The notes beneath the pieces are model-generated. The model searched no databases. It was given only the letters and a program-made list of their open reading frames with translations, and was not told the DNA's origin. This document shows, one piece after another, positions 1 through 13,606 of a stretch of DNA of 63,784 bases; positions within the stretch are counted from its first letter, which is position 1, and each line of letters starts with the position of its first letter. The position numbers and the translations under genes are program-made. The stretch lies in NCBI RefSeq assembly GCF_001194135.2, contig NC_068989.1:40610992-40674775 (forward strand). The letters are read 5' to 3'. Source of the DNA: Octopus bimaculoides (taxonomy: Eukaryota).

Positions 1-699
1 ACATGTAAACAACACGTATTTTATAGTTTATAAGCAGTGAATATGCATTTAATGCGATAAACAGCACATTACAAATTAAATATTTCTCAAAATAAAAAAA
101 AAACTTTATAGCACTAAGTTTAGATTTATCCAAAAACAAAATAGCACATAACAAACTGAATATTTCTAAAAAGCAAACATCTCCAATATTAACTGGATAA
201 CGGAGCAAGTCCTCCGCACGAGTGTAGAACAAACTCCACCTAGGACAAAACCCCCATAGTTAAAGTGTGAAAGTGGACAAAACCCCCTCGGTTATATTTT
301 TCGGTTATTTTTCATTTTTTTCCCCTATTACTTGTTTCAGTCATTTGTCGGTGGCCATACTGGGGTACCACCTTGAAGATTTTTAGTTCAACGTATCGAA
401 CCAAGGCATTTTTTCCTTTTTCCTTGTTGCAATTATTAGACTGCGACTATGTTGGGACACCACCTTGTAGTCTTTTTAGACGACTGTACGGAACCCAGAA
501 TTTTTTTTTTAAGTCAAAACCATCTCACTGATATATTTCGTCTTTTGTGGGGGTTTTTTCTTTGTACTTGTTAAATCATTAGACTGTGATAATGCTGGGG
601 CACCGCCTGGAAGAATTTTTTGTCGAATGTATCGACACCAAAACTTTTGTTAGGTAATTTTCAACCGGCACATGAAGTTAAGCCTAGAAGGTCACTCAA

Positions 700-2118
700 C
701 ATGGTAGAAATAACAAAACAAGTAAGAAATTCCAAACACTTGGTTTTAATGTATTTGTAGCATCTTTGCTTTCATTTGTAAAAGAACTGCGAGAAAATTC
801 AGCCGACAGGATTGCACGCTATGAATCATTAGCAAAACGTGTATGTAAATATATCACCTCAAATTATTCTGATGTTTTCAAACGCATTGTTACAAAGAAA
901 TTTGCGGATGGAACAAGTGATAGGGCTTTTTGAAATGGGTTGAAAAATTTAGGATAGAAGTTCTAAATCAAGTCTATGACTGCTTGATAATCCAGTTAAG
1001 CAAGAGGATGTAGCCATATGAGCAGACTGCGAAAAGGTCCAAGTTTCTGTCATAACTGATGAACAATTCAGAATTTGATGAGGAGAGTATCAAACTTGTA
1101 TCGCCTTACAAAGACAATATTGACCACAAATAAATAAATGAGTGTTATCAATTCAAAAAGTACTTACGCGTTAGGAAATCGTGGAACATAGAAGAAAATT
1201 CACCATCAAAAATGCAATGCACAGAAGTTCTTCAGTTTATTTGTGAGCAACAATTAATTGATGTGTTCCCTAATACTCTTTTCTACTCTAGACACAAGGT
1301 TCTAATTTTTTTTTTTTTTGGGGGGGGGGCAGTCGATTAGATCAACCCCAGTACGCAACTGGTACTTAATTTAGCGACCCCGAAAGGATGAAAGACAAAG
1401 TCAACCTCGGCGGAATTGAGTGTTCCCTAATATTACCACTGCACTTAAGCTGTATTTGTCAATGCCTACCACGAGCTGTGAAGCAGAAAAGAATTTCTCA
1501 AAGCTTTCCTTTATAAAGAATAAATTTCGGTCTACCATGACTGAAGAGCGCTTAAATTCTTTATGCATATTGTCTCTAAAAAATGATATTGCAAGGAAAC
1601 TCTTGCATGACAAAACTGTAAGGGAATAGGTTGCTATTAAAAAAAAACAGAAAAAGAGTATTTTGTAATTTTCATATCTTAAATATCAAATTAATATTAG
1701 ATTATATCAACTGTGGTATTTGTTATGTTTTATGTCTTTATTCTATGATGCATCACGCATGTACATAAAGTTTCCCTGGAAAATATTTGTTCACACCAGT
1801 GACTTTGAGTATCACAATCTGAAATGTAGTGCTTAAAATTGTAAAGAAAATTGTGGCGATCTGCCAGGGAACAACCACATTGACAAAGATATTGGTGATT
1901 ACCCACACCTTGTTTCTGGTGGAAAGTGTGCTCACTGTCAGACTCATCTTTAAGGACTCCACATCACCACTTGGGCTATCAGGGCCTCAAGGCTGGAGTT
2001 CGTTGCGGGGGCAAGAACATTCTTTGACCCTTGGATGTTATCCTACTGTTGTTGGTCATATAGGGGGCCCCCATAACATTTTAAGCTTCAGGGCCCCAAT
2101 ATTGTAGATTCGCCACTG
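700..2118 (+). mobile_element. Degenerate hAT DNA transposon, 3' part (dimerisation domain and right terminus)
   Basis: Frame 1420-1629 reads VFPNITTALKLYLSMPTTSCEAEKNFSKLSFIKNKFRSTMTEERLNSLCILS, a typical hAT C-terminal dimerisation motif. Upstream broken frame EVLQFICEQQLIDVFPN. Right end ...ttcgccactg at 2118 (CAGTGGCG-type terminus). The left boundary is approximate. Confidence 0.75.
1276..1419 (-). mobile_element. 5'-truncated SINE inserted in the hAT coding sequence
   Basis: Core matches the other SINE copies (ctttcatcctttcggggtcg..aagtaccagt on the minus strand). Flanked by a 13-bp TSD gtgttccctaata at 1263-1275 and 1420-1432. Confidence 0.85.
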
Positions 2119-2299
2119 CCAACCATAGTTTTCTCAGACTATAATAGTCAATGTATTCGTATTCTTTGTAAAAAGATGGTAATGTGTAAATAAATGGAGA
2201 TGTAATTGACGATTATCGAGTGACCATGTAAAGGCCGCTGTCAGTTGAGAAAAGTGACATAATGGATCAGAGATCCAGAGGCTGGTGAGTGAAAATATT

Positions 2300-2474
2300 C
2301 GCCAATGTGATGGATTACATCGACCCCTGTGCACAACTGGTACTATTTTATCGACCTCGAAAGGATGAAAGGCAAAGTCGACATCGGTGGAATTTGAACT
2401 CAAAACATAAAGACGGTCGAATGCCACTAAGCATTTTTTCCGCAGTGCTGACGATTGTGCCAGCTCGCCGCCTT
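2300..2474 (-). mobile_element. tRNA-derived SINE (aggcggcgagctggc head family)
   Basis: Minus strand reads aaggcggcgagctggcacaatcg...gagttcaaattcc (B box)...ctttgcctttcatcctttcgaggtcgataaaatagtaccagt. Confidence 0.85.
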
Positions 2475-3290
2475 AATAATATTAATAATAATATTAATTA
2501 ACAATTTCATCTACTAAAAGTACAATGCCTGAACAATCTTTTGGGGGATTAAATTGACACTCTCAATCACCACATTTGTCTTGATTTGATTCGAGATTAT
2601 ATGTTGATAAAAACGGATTGCAACGTGGTCGATTCCTACAAACATTAGTGCGCATATGCACTACTATATCTGCAGTATTATATTTGTACTGGTACACCTC
2701 ACTATTTGTTAATCGAATAGAGCCCCTTGCTCTAAGCTAGTAATATACGTACCAACTTCATCTTACATATTAGCTTTTCTTCTCCTCGTCATTCTTATAT
2801 TGTCACCTTAAAACCTTGGACAACACATCTTCCCCAATATTTCGTACCCAAAACTATATATAGTAGCTATTTACTCCCTGCTTAACATTTCTTAAAAAAA
2901 AAACACTCAGATGTTCAACCATAGCGAGTAGTGTGGTTGTGACTGACATGTGCGCCGTTTATCCTGCAGTTATTATGGAATTAAAATATATTAGTCATGA
3001 AACATTTTTTTTTAAAATTAAGTCGGGGAACGAGAAGTACCTGTTATTATGTTTTCATCTTTTAACAAATTGAGATTGATCTGAATGTTGCGAAACCCCA
3101 GAACTTCGGGTGAATTCCTGAAGCATAAACCGTAAACGAGAAGCAAACTGGGAAGGTGGACGTTCATAGGAATCCTTGTAAAGGAGCAGACTTAGTTAAA
3201 TGTACCCAAGGAACAAGTCATGCTATTACATCAAGTGAAGTGATAACACTACACTACAGTATTCGCTTTTGTTATATTTTTTATTTTTAA

Positions 3291-3507
3291 AGGCGATGAG
3301 CTGGTAGAATCGTTTGTGCGACGGGAAAAATGCTTGATGGCATTTCGTCCGTCTTCATGTTCTGAGCTCAAGATCGACTTTGCTGAGGTTGAATTTGCCT
3401 TTCATCCTTTTGAAGTCGATAAAATAAGTACCAGCTGAGTGCTAGGGTCGTTGTAATCGACTTACCCCTCCCCCTAACCTGCTGGCCTTGTGCCAAAATT
3501 TGAAACT
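3291..3507 (+). mobile_element. tRNA-derived SINE with ggccttgtgccaaaatttgaaac tail
   Basis: Head, core and tail align by eye with copies at 27008-27215 and 33897-34112. Confidence 0.85.
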
Positions 3508-5555
3508 ATTATGTTTTTACTTTTAATAAAAGTAGTAGTAGTTGTAGTAAAAGCTTCCTCTCAACCCATTTAACGGCAAGTTTCGCAACCGTACTCGTAG
3601 ATTCATCCCATTCACATTCAGCAAAATCTCACGATTGAATTAAGATTCGAGAGCTTTCAGCGGACCGCTGGCCAAGTGATGAACACTCGTCTTTCCAGGA
3701 GCCAAGTCGTAAAGTCACGCACCACAACGTAGGGGGAAACAATAGGTGGCACTAATGACGGACGATGCATGTTATTCGATACGGTTTCGATGGGTTACTA
3801 TTTAGTCTGCTCCTTGAGCAGAGACCGCTTCTGAAAACGTGATCCCGATTCTGCCTTTCCATTAAACACAGTGGCTATGAAGCAATGGAAAGCTGATTTA
3901 AATCGATCTGAATGATGAGTAGTTACACTCAAGATCTAAGATAGTAGCAAACTACTGTGATATGTAGACAAGCGTGTAAACAGTAAAAGCAGTAATATAA
4001 ACTATTAAAACGAAAAATTCTTCAAAGAGGGAGACCTCTTAAGGTTGCTCGTGGAGACCCCGCAAAACCACGGTCCCCCTGGCCACTAGGGTAAGTGCAC
4101 ACTCCACACTGTCTTCCTTTAGTGTTATGATAGAAGTTGTACCTACTTCTCGATAAAATGAGGTGTTTGGGAATAAATACTTCGTTCGCAGGAATATAAA
4201 GGTTAAGCGTCAAAGAATGAATTGACAAATTTCCATTGATTTGTGTATATCTTTCCAATCACTCAAAGGCAACATTAAATGTATGGTGATACAGTTCTCT
4301 CAGCAGCAAATGGAATTAGCTAATGGTTTAATGTTCTGAACGAAACCGATTAAACTATAATCTTGCGGTGGGGCTCAAAGGAATAAATTCATGTTGTAGT
4401 CCAATTCCAGTAATCGATTACTTCGTGACATTGGAAGTTAATGATTACAAAATAAATTCTTTACTAGGAGATGACTATCGGCAAAGAATCAAGTTAGTTC
4501 ATTGTTAAGAATTACTGCGAGTAAATAATCAGTAGTAGAAGAGTCAAGAAGTGTATTTTTTTAACAGATGTATATGTACATGTCGGAAACTACTTTTGAT
4601 TCAGCTTATATGATTGTGAGAACGTCAGGATATTAAGCAAATGATTAAATTAATAATACTAACAAATGGAAATGCTCACACCAATTTCGTTTTTAATAAA
4701 GCATAAGACGTTTGCTGATTCGTTGAGTGTGAATATAAATTCAAGAAAAATACAATAATTGACTTAACATACGATTGGTATTAGATAAGTACAAAAATAA
4801 AAAAGAATCCGCCAATTAATTAAACGTATTAATGTCTCAAGTATTGCTGAGGCAGAGATATAAATGATATAGTGAAGGAGCGTGAAATTCTTCCCAGATA
4901 AATTCAAATAGTTCTCTGTAAGTTGAAGATCTTGAAGAAGTTATAAATGGATTTGATAAATACATTGCATATTAAATTCTATATTCCAGGTTATATGCAA
5001 ATCAATAATATAAAATTGAAGGGAGAAAAAAAATGTAAATTCTTTGGTTGCATATGTTTCGAAACTGATTAAAATGAGATACTCTATTTGGATATAATCG
5101 CATCGAAGTAATCATATTACCAACTACAAACACAAGATATTCTGTTATTTTCTATTCTAAAATTCTAAAATTATTATGTATCGGCTTTTAGCGTGCGTCA
5201 AGGATCTTCTCAATTATGTTGTAATGCTTCGGTTAATAATAGGCAAATGCAGTGCAATACATACGTACGAACATAAATATGAACGTATCCAATTAATTAA
5301 TGGCACAGGGGACGATGTATATCATCAAATGGTTTTCTTAAATGTTCGTATACTCTGTCACGTGTATACATTTGCTACTTATGTTGAAGAACATAGAAAA
5401 CTTCAAGCACACATTCGTGAAATGATATCTGAACGCTTAAATATCAAAGAAATGACAAAATTCACTTTATGTAGGAAAATAGAAACATACACACACAATA
5501 TTAAGGCAGAAAGAAAACATATATATATACCTAAAGTATGTGTGTGTTTTATGTA

Positions 5556-5590
<35 letters not shown>

Positions 5591-5777
5591 GGGTTGGAAT
5601 GATAGTGTATAGAAGAAAATATTATTCAAAAGAATTCCAACTCGGTTTGTTTTTATGTTTAATTTATATTCTTATAAAATTAATGTGAGATATGGAATAT
5701 ATAATATATATAGTAAAATGAAATGAAGTATTGAATGCCTTATTGAATAAATGAAATATTGAATATTAAATATATAA

Positions 5778-5819
5778 GGACTAGTATACTTTCCTGCTTT
5801 CTAACAATCTTCAAGGTCC
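5778..5819 (-). ncRNA. Hammerhead-ribozyme-like motif (left arm of foldback)
   Basis: Minus strand: GGAC CUUGAAGA UUG-UUAGAAAG-CAG GAAA G-UAUA-C UA GUCC. Confidence 0.4.
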
Positions 5820-5878
5820 CGTGTGATAGAACTGTTTTAACTGTAGTTGACTTACAGTTAAAACACTTCTGTCACACG

Positions 5879-5920
5879 GGACCTTGAAGACTGGTAGAAA
5901 GCAGGAAAGTATACTAGTCC
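5879..5920 (+). ncRNA. Minimal type I hammerhead-ribozyme-like motif (right arm of foldback)
   Basis: GGAC / CUUGAAGA / CUG-GUAGAAAG-CAG / GAAA / G-UAUA-C / UA / GUCC. Helix I is GGAC:GUCC, loop III is palindromic, the triplet is CUA, and the core has one extra U. Confidence 0.5.
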
Positions 5921-6066
5921 TTATATTATTTAATATTCAATATTTCATTTATTCAATACTTCATTTCATTTTACTATATATATTATATATTCCATATTCT
6001 ATATCTCACATTAATTTTATAAGAATGTAAATAAAACACAAAAAAACAGATGTTGAAATTCTTTTG

Positions 6067-6105
<39 letters not shown>

Positions 6106-6175
6106 AACATTCGTTTAAAGATAATGCAATATATTTACGTAAAATTTCAGATTTACTACTATAAGAATATTGAGA

Positions 6176-6218
6176 GTAACTTCGAAATTTCCCCGTTTGT
6201 CGGCTTCTTCAGACCGTG
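6176..6218 (-). ncRNA. Degenerate Penelope-type hammerhead-like motif
   Basis: Minus strand: GGU CUGAAGA A GCCG-ACAAA-CGG G GAAA U-UUCGAA-G UU ACU. Canonical CUGAnGA and GAAA boxes, palindromic loop III. Confidence 0.45.
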
Positions 6219-6899
6219 AAATCTTTGCAATCACTGATATGCTTTGATTCAACCTGTAGGTGACTTCTACGGTTTAGAATGCAGAGTGTCTTAGTTCTGT
6301 ATTTATAGAACATATATCATCTTGAAATATAAGATACTGGTTGTGTTGGATGAACTAAGTAACTATATATATATATATGTACATATTATCATGATTCTGT
6401 GTAAGCAGGAGGTAGATGGAAATGTGAAGATTGAGGAAAGCGACAAGCATGATACTATTCAGTTGAGGGATGGAGTGAGATTTGGAGACAGACAATAATA
6501 TTTAAGGGGCGTACTGAGGTGAAACGTTTGGAACATGGATGTAAATATCGAAGTCACAAACAATTTTTCCTTATATAAAATACTTACAAAACCTTTCACG
6601 CATATATGCAAACAAACAAAAGCTGAAAGTGTGTGATCTGAGAAAAAATACATACAGGACTGATGAAATCATCCATCCAATCTCATTCAGCGTGTGAATT
6701 AAATGAAAATGTCCCAGATATATGCTGGAGTCTTTCTTCAAGAACCTCGTCTCGTCAATGAGGAATTCTCTTATACAGCAGGTATACACTCGGAGACAAT
6801 GACCTCATAGTTCGAGGAACTGGAGCACACTTTTGGAATCAATGACTAAGCTCATACAAAAAGTTGTTGCACACGAATCTAAAAGTGTGCACAAATCTA

Positions 6900-7400
6900 A
6901 AAGTGTGCTCCGCCAAAGTGACCCTATTTGTTACAAAGTATATCAGCAAAACCAATGTTATGGTTATCTTTGCTACTGACAAAGCACTCAAATGTGCTAG
7001 GTTGGATTTGGCCAAATGATTTCAGACAGCCTACTACATCTGTAGCAGTAATAATGTCATGGAGAAATCTTTTGGTTCTGACATCTACCAATGACGACCG
7101 ACCAAGTATGTTTGGCCGAGAAATCAATTGGACAAATGGGCAAAGACTTCTCTGAAACCACAACTCATGAGGTAGTACGAATAATATCAGAAACAAGCTC
7201 AAAAGCTTTTTCAAGACAATTTTGCTCGATAATTTCTATCCGCAGAAGTCCTAGAGAGCGACATTTTGGCAATAATTTGTAACCTCCAGTATATATCATG
7301 TACTCGAAGGAATAAGTCATTCGAGAGATGAACTTGAAGACATCAGTGCAAGCGATTCTGTTGATCGTATTCACAGGCTCATGTTACACAAAGAATGTAT
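6900..7400 (-). pseudogene. Highly decayed coding remnant, possibly Gypsy integrase
   Basis: A minus frame gives FLGQTYLVVV, resembling the Gypsy integrase segment HIDFAGPFLG..YLVVVD. Many stops and frameshifts; support is weak. Confidence 0.3.
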
Positions 7401-7639
7401 TTTCCTTTGTTACTTCTTCCATCCGTTCGTACAGGGAGACAAGAAGTTCATTGTCCAGTTGAACGAAACGTCACCTCATATTATTGTTGAAATTCCAGAA
7501 AATGTGAAATTTGTTAAATTAATGTAAGTTTTAATGGTAATCACAGGAGTCCGGTAAAGACTGTTCCATTAATTCTTGATGAACAACCTTCAAAGATGAT
7601 TTGCTTACAGTGACCAAAAGTTTGTGCTGTGCGTACTCT

Positions 7640-7760
7640 CATTTCCTCCTTCAAATCAATATCGCCTGTACAAGTGCACAGTGTACCACACGTTGGATGT
7701 CCAAGTGGATGCAGAGCAAAGCCATATGATGTGTTTTGCTCAAGAACATAACACAACACC
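7640..7760 (-). mobile_element. SINE fragment (second family; ccttgagcaagacactt-type core)
   Basis: Similar to 31760-32020 (ttgctcaagaacacaaca motif). Confidence 0.5.
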
Positions 7761-10700
7761 TGGTCCAGAAATCCCCCCTCCCTCTCTCTCTCTCTCTCTG
7801 TGAAATACACAATTATTTACTGCAATATCCAATATGAGCTGACGGGCGAAGTCATTAATCTCCAAACAACCCTCTCATAATCATTCAGGTACTTCTGCTG
7901 CGTCAGTTTGCTTTAGATATATCCATAACGTATATGGTCTCCTAAATACTTAAAATGCTTAACTAATTTTTTTCTTACGTTTTTGTTTTTTCTTTCTCTT
8001 GTACTCGGCGTAAGTATTTGGAAAGATTTATAACCGGAGTAGAGTCTACCACTTCGATAATTCACCAGTTAGTGAGACAACAGAAAAATGAAAAGCATAT
8101 AATATTCAGTAAATAAGACATTGCTACAGTTTCGCCTTTTCCGAAATGCTGAAATTAAATTGGTTATGATATATGAAATTACCAACAATATCGATGTATT
8201 GCAAATACCATCGTATTTTCTTATACTATTTACTGGTTGTACTTTAATATGCACATATCTCTGCAATAAATTGTACTTCTAAAGAATACAGCATGTCACA
8301 TTGATGATTACGTATTAACCTCGACAGATTTATGCTGTAAAAGGAAACAAAAACTGAAAGCGCATCTTTCAACACTATTTCAAGCATATTAAATTTTTGC
8401 ATAATTTTCCTGCTATCCATCATTTTACGCTACTTTACGGCCGATCATAAGACTAATATATAAATTCTTTAGTGAGAAGATTTTTCTTCTATTTTCTTTT
8501 TTTATTTTACTGCGTGTGCAGGGAAAAGATTTAAGTTTTCTTATAATTCTGTCAATCGTAAGTTAGTTTCAAATTAAATCTTTTTTAGTTGTTCACATTG
8601 TCTTCAGTACTTTCAAAATTGAATTGTTTTAGTACCGGTTTATATGGTTGGTGTATCAATGTCGAGTCTTTCACATTGTGTCAAGATGTTTATTGATTTA
8701 ATGGACCACGACAACTCATGCAGTGCTTAGTTAATATATTTCTCCTGGGATATTCTTGAATGTGAAGCATTTCTAAAGATTTGATTGGCATTTTGAATCG
8801 ATCACAACAGCAGATGTTAAAAGGATTGAAATTTTCTTTACGGCTGTCTGTTCTATCGAAGAATCTAATCAAAATTGATTGATCATTATAATTTCTAACC
8901 CTGTGATTATAGATTCTCACAAATGTCGAAAGCGTTAAGTGGTGAAATGTAAAAACGAAAAAAGCAATCATTCACAGGATGCAACAATTTTAGAAAACTA
9001 ACAATTGGATATTGATGATAATTTGATTTATTATAGAGAAATGAATAATTTTATTTTAACCTGTTCTTTTCACCTGATACGGAACACTGAACCTTACTCA
9101 GTAGAGACCTTTGTAGAGCGTGACTAGACGTTATCTAATAGTTTAGTAACCGACGGAAAATGTAGAAATATTTGGTTTTGATGCAAAATAAGAATTGCTG
9201 GATAGTGCGAAATGAGATTGAATTTGTATTCCAATAGCAAAGTATCAATGAAAGACAAAACTAGATGCTTGTTTCTTCACACCATTTCAAACGTATTCAA
9301 TTTTTGCATTATTTATTTGCTTCGTGGGACTATCGCTTTGAAACTGTCATAGAAAGGAGAGAATTATATCTTCTGCAAATGGCCACCACTGAGATACGTT
9401 TCACAACACCGCCTCAGGAATATCTGTCTCCACCATTAACTTTCGTAGGTCATCAGTTTCATCTTGTGTATCGCTGCCAATAACACCAGTGTACCTGAAT
9501 GGTCGTCGTCAACTGTTGGTTAGCGGAAATATCTCAAATATAAACTTTGACACGATCTGCTGTTCACAACAGCAGTGGTCAGCATTTCACACCCTGCGTT
9601 TTGAACATGCAATGAAATTGAAAACAATTTGCATTAAAATTGTTGGACGTCAAGTAGTGTAAAATAATGTTTGGCAGTAAAATCAAATTGAAGTTCAACA
9701 AATTTGCAATACTATTGAAATATGAGCATTCGTTTTCCTTTTACCTACATACATAATTTCCATACATTTCGAAGCACCATTTTTACAGAAATATATAGAT
9801 TAAATAGACTTACTGTTCAACCAGTAAATATTATAGGAAAACGTGCCATAGTAATTGCAATACATTGATAATCTTCAAAATTTCATATAAAATCCACAGT
9901 AATTTGGTAATCGTAATTGGATACCATTCGAGAGTGCTGACACAAGGAGTACACAAGTAAGATTGATGTTTGTTTGATATTTTGTTCAAAAACCCAAAAT
10001 CGTCCATTGAAAATGTAGGTTACGTGTCATATTTGAGTGGAGTATAGGGAGAGACACTTAATAAAGTCTTTAGTCGGATTAGTATTTATAATCTTACATA
10101 TTCAGGTACATTTTGTGTAATGAGTTTAGGTGTATAGTTTGATTCGCTCTGTGTTTGTACATCTGCCATTAGAAAAATAAATCCTGTTTTCCAGAAATTA
10201 ATACACCATATTGTAAACTCCTATACAGAATTTAAAACTCTGCGAGAGTCTTAACTTCTGTCTATTCAAGGTCTTATATGCATTCAGAATAAAGGCAGAG
10301 AATCCTAGGTTGCACAAGACCGTTGCCATAACTCCTCACACCAACAGGCTCTACTCTATGGTCTACAATATTACTACCTCATCTCCCTACCTTTATGCCG
10401 ATATAACAGTGACTGCCGCTCCTCAGAGCTGTCTGGTTTTTTGCCATCTCCATCCAGGTACTTCGATTTAATTGGCACTACTCGTCGTATACTCCATATT
10501 TTGTCTATGACAGGCTCTACACTACATTTACGCCTGTCCTTCATTTCCCAAACGTTGCAATCATCGTCACACAATTGTTAAAGAACGACAACAACAAGGT
10601 CGATCTAACATGTCACAATATGTGCGGTGGCAATAGATACTGCTCTCTTTTCGAGACCAATGAAAATTCAGTATTTTTTGTGCTTTAGATATTCATTGAA

Positions 10701-12489
10701 AGCGAAATAGCTTATTGTATCATCAATATTACACACGTTTTTCACATCGCATACTTAAGCAGCAAACTGCTTTTCAACAATATTATAAATAAAAAAACTT
10801 GTCCGTTCTATTGTTTCGGTTACTTTCCACTGTCTCAATTCTGTAGATAATAACTAAATCAAGCAAATATTATTTGTGATGTCACTTGACCTGCAACAAA
10901 TCCCAGGCTAATTTCCTTCTCTTAAATCACATTTTCCTCTCTTAAAAGACGAACGAACTTCGATAATGTAATCTTAGATATATACGCTGTTTGAGAAACT
11001 GAACTTTAGTGACTGAGGGATATTTTATATTAAGTTTCATTGATATAAATGATTTGAAATACTAGCCATCATCAATAGTCTGAGAAATGGAGATTTTGTA
11101 CGTATTTATACTTCAATATGACGCGGTTTATGACATTTCAAAAGGAATTCCACTAAGTTTGTTGACAGTTTTCTTGTTTTACTTACTTGAAACGGTTATT
11201 AATATTTCAACGTTCACTTACTCCAGGAATAGTCTTAGACCTGATGAAATAGTTGGATAAAAATATCTGATTTTCATATTTAGCGAATATATCTTAAATA
11301 CATTTCAAATAGTGCAGCCTGAATAAATATTTGTTTTCAATATCTTAGTTTTAACGAATTAAAATAATACTGTTACTGTACACGATTCATTGTCTTAGAT
11401 ACAAATCTAATCAAGAAAGGCAATGGCGACAAACTCGAAATTTAAGGTAATTAGAACTTCTTAAAAATAGAATCGAATAGAAAGTGGAGTTTTATTTTTG
11501 ACAGTATTCTGACAACTCCAGACATGTTTCCATGCTACTAAATTTCATCACTGAAAATCTGTCTAGCAGTTAATGACAGACTTTAGAAAACAACGGGATA
11601 TTCTTTTAAATAAATTCCATCTATATATTTTCTCTTTTGAAAGCCAGTGTATTTGCAATACTTAGTATTCAAGTATTATAGCACTACTTTCTTTTTTTCA
11701 CAATACGTTTCCTTAAAGTTTAACATCATTTTAAGATATAATGCGATATAGTACTTAATATTCAAGTAAAAGAATGGATTCTAAATGAAATATAGAAAGA
11801 TATAAAATATAGCCACTAAAAAAAAAACACCTTAGAAGACAATACTTATGAAATAATAACATAGCGTCTCCTTTAAAAATATAGGCAGTTGATAATATTC
11901 AATTTAACCATTTCCATTTAATTTTTCATTTTGCTGAAACTCAAAAGTGTAAAAAGAAATGATGTTTATATATTCATCTATTACATGGTATAGATGTAAA
12001 ATATTATATATGAAAGCTGTTTTATATAAGTATGTTGTAATTATCAAATTTCAGCTTAGATTGGATAAATCATTATTGCCTTTATCATTAAGTAAAGTGC
12101 AACAGTATTATTTTCTCAAACCATACATTGAGGAAATAAAACATCAGAGACATAAAATTATTTTCTTCTATAATTATTACACATACTTTGGAAGGTTTCT
12201 TATTAGAGTTGCAAACTGCCCCTGCAGAAAAAAAAATGGTATTGCAATTATATTTTGTCTCTTTAATGTATTCCCTTGAATATTAAACTCAGTCAATATA
12301 GAAAGCGTTATGAAATATGATACAGAAATTGTAATATAATTTGACTCTTCTTGGTGTTTGGATGCGTATAAAAATTCCGTAAATATATATGAAAGATGGT
12401 ATTAGGTCGACATATAGAGAATATTTTCTAGCAAATAAATTATCCTATTTCGATAACTTTCTGCTGTTTTACGCCAGTTGTCAGTGGTG

Positions 12490-12640
12490 CTGGGGGACAC
12501 AAACACACGCACACACACACACATATATTCGGCGCGCTTTGGTTGGTCCGTGACTATAGCAGAAACCTGCCCAAGGTGCCACACAGTGGGACTGAACCCG
12601 GAGTCATGTGGTTGGGAAGCAAGTATCTTACCACACACCT
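12490..12640 (-). mobile_element. tRNA-derived SINE with ccttgggcaag core-like segment
   Basis: Minus strand: gtgtggtaagatacttgcttcccaaccacatgactccgggttcagtcccactgtgtggcaccttgggcagg. Matches 44403-44570. Confidence 0.8.
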
Positions 12641-13499
12641 ATATTTGGAGACAAGAGGGGAAGAGATTCATCTTTATATCAACACGAGAGTGACACTCGG
12701 TAGAGATACTTCAACACTCTATTCTGAAACATTTACATCTACTGGATAATAGGCACCTAAAAGTCGACATTGAATGTGGACACGTCAGAATACCAAACAA
12801 TTTTGGAACAATTGAGTAAGTTTGTTTTGGCATCTTGCAAAAATATAGTTAAAAATTCGTGGCTTTCTGGCTATGCAGATATGATTCTGAAACATATTAC
12901 CTGAAACCATACTATCATTGAAGTCGTGTGAGTGTGTATGTGAGAGAGAGATGGATAGATAGATAGATAGAGAGAGAGAGAGACTCTTTCTTTATCATGT
13001 ATGTGTATCAATATTGCTTAGAATATGTCCATTCCTATGAGTGTATATTCCGTATTGCTTACGTTGACTTTACCTCATCCAAAATTCAAATGCTTATGAA
13101 AAATTATGGTTTTCGTTCATCTGCATAGCAATCATATAATTTCCAAACTGACTATGGAATTTTAACGGTGACCGATAGTATTATAAAATTGCAATTACCC
13201 CATGTTATTAAATGATAAGCAAATACGGTTAATAGACTTTATATATCGATAAAAGCGAGACGGATAAAAATGTACTACGTTATGTTTTTTGACTGAATAA
13301 CAAGAATGTTTGTATTAGATTCCTAAGAGAAGTCTGCGAAATTGATCATTTCTGTAATGGTAATCGATGGCATGAACTCATATTCACTGTCTTGAGATAG
13401 TTGAAGAAATTTGGATGTGCATGCACACACAACGGTGTATTTATGGGGAGAGAAACTGGACAAAATAATGGGAACAATTTATTACACGAAATAATTGTT

Positions 13500-13560
13500 A
13501 ATATATACATATGTAACATATATATATATATATATATATACATCTCTATGTATATATACA

Positions 13561-13606
<46 letters not shown>

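Larger units (their letters stand above)
5620..6073. repeat. ~450-bp foldback inverted repeat, probably inverted Penelope-type terminal repeats
   Basis: Arms of about 225 bp (5620-5846 and 5854-6073) are near-perfect reverse complements around a 7-nt loop gttgact. Each arm carries a hammerhead-like motif. Confidence 0.9.

Noticed and set aside
238-290. ggacaaaacccc repeated twice
   Set aside because: May be a subterminal repeat of a DNA transposon, but no partner end is visible in the window.
3650-4260. Possible decayed Gypsy RT/RNase H
   Set aside because: Only vague similarity; too degenerate to call.
5176-5688. 170-aa ORF
   Set aside because: AT-rich, includes a (TA)n tract and the palindrome arm, and has no recognisable motif.
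9260-10700. Possible decayed transposase
   Set aside because: It looks coding-like in composition, but I could not recover a diagnostic motif.
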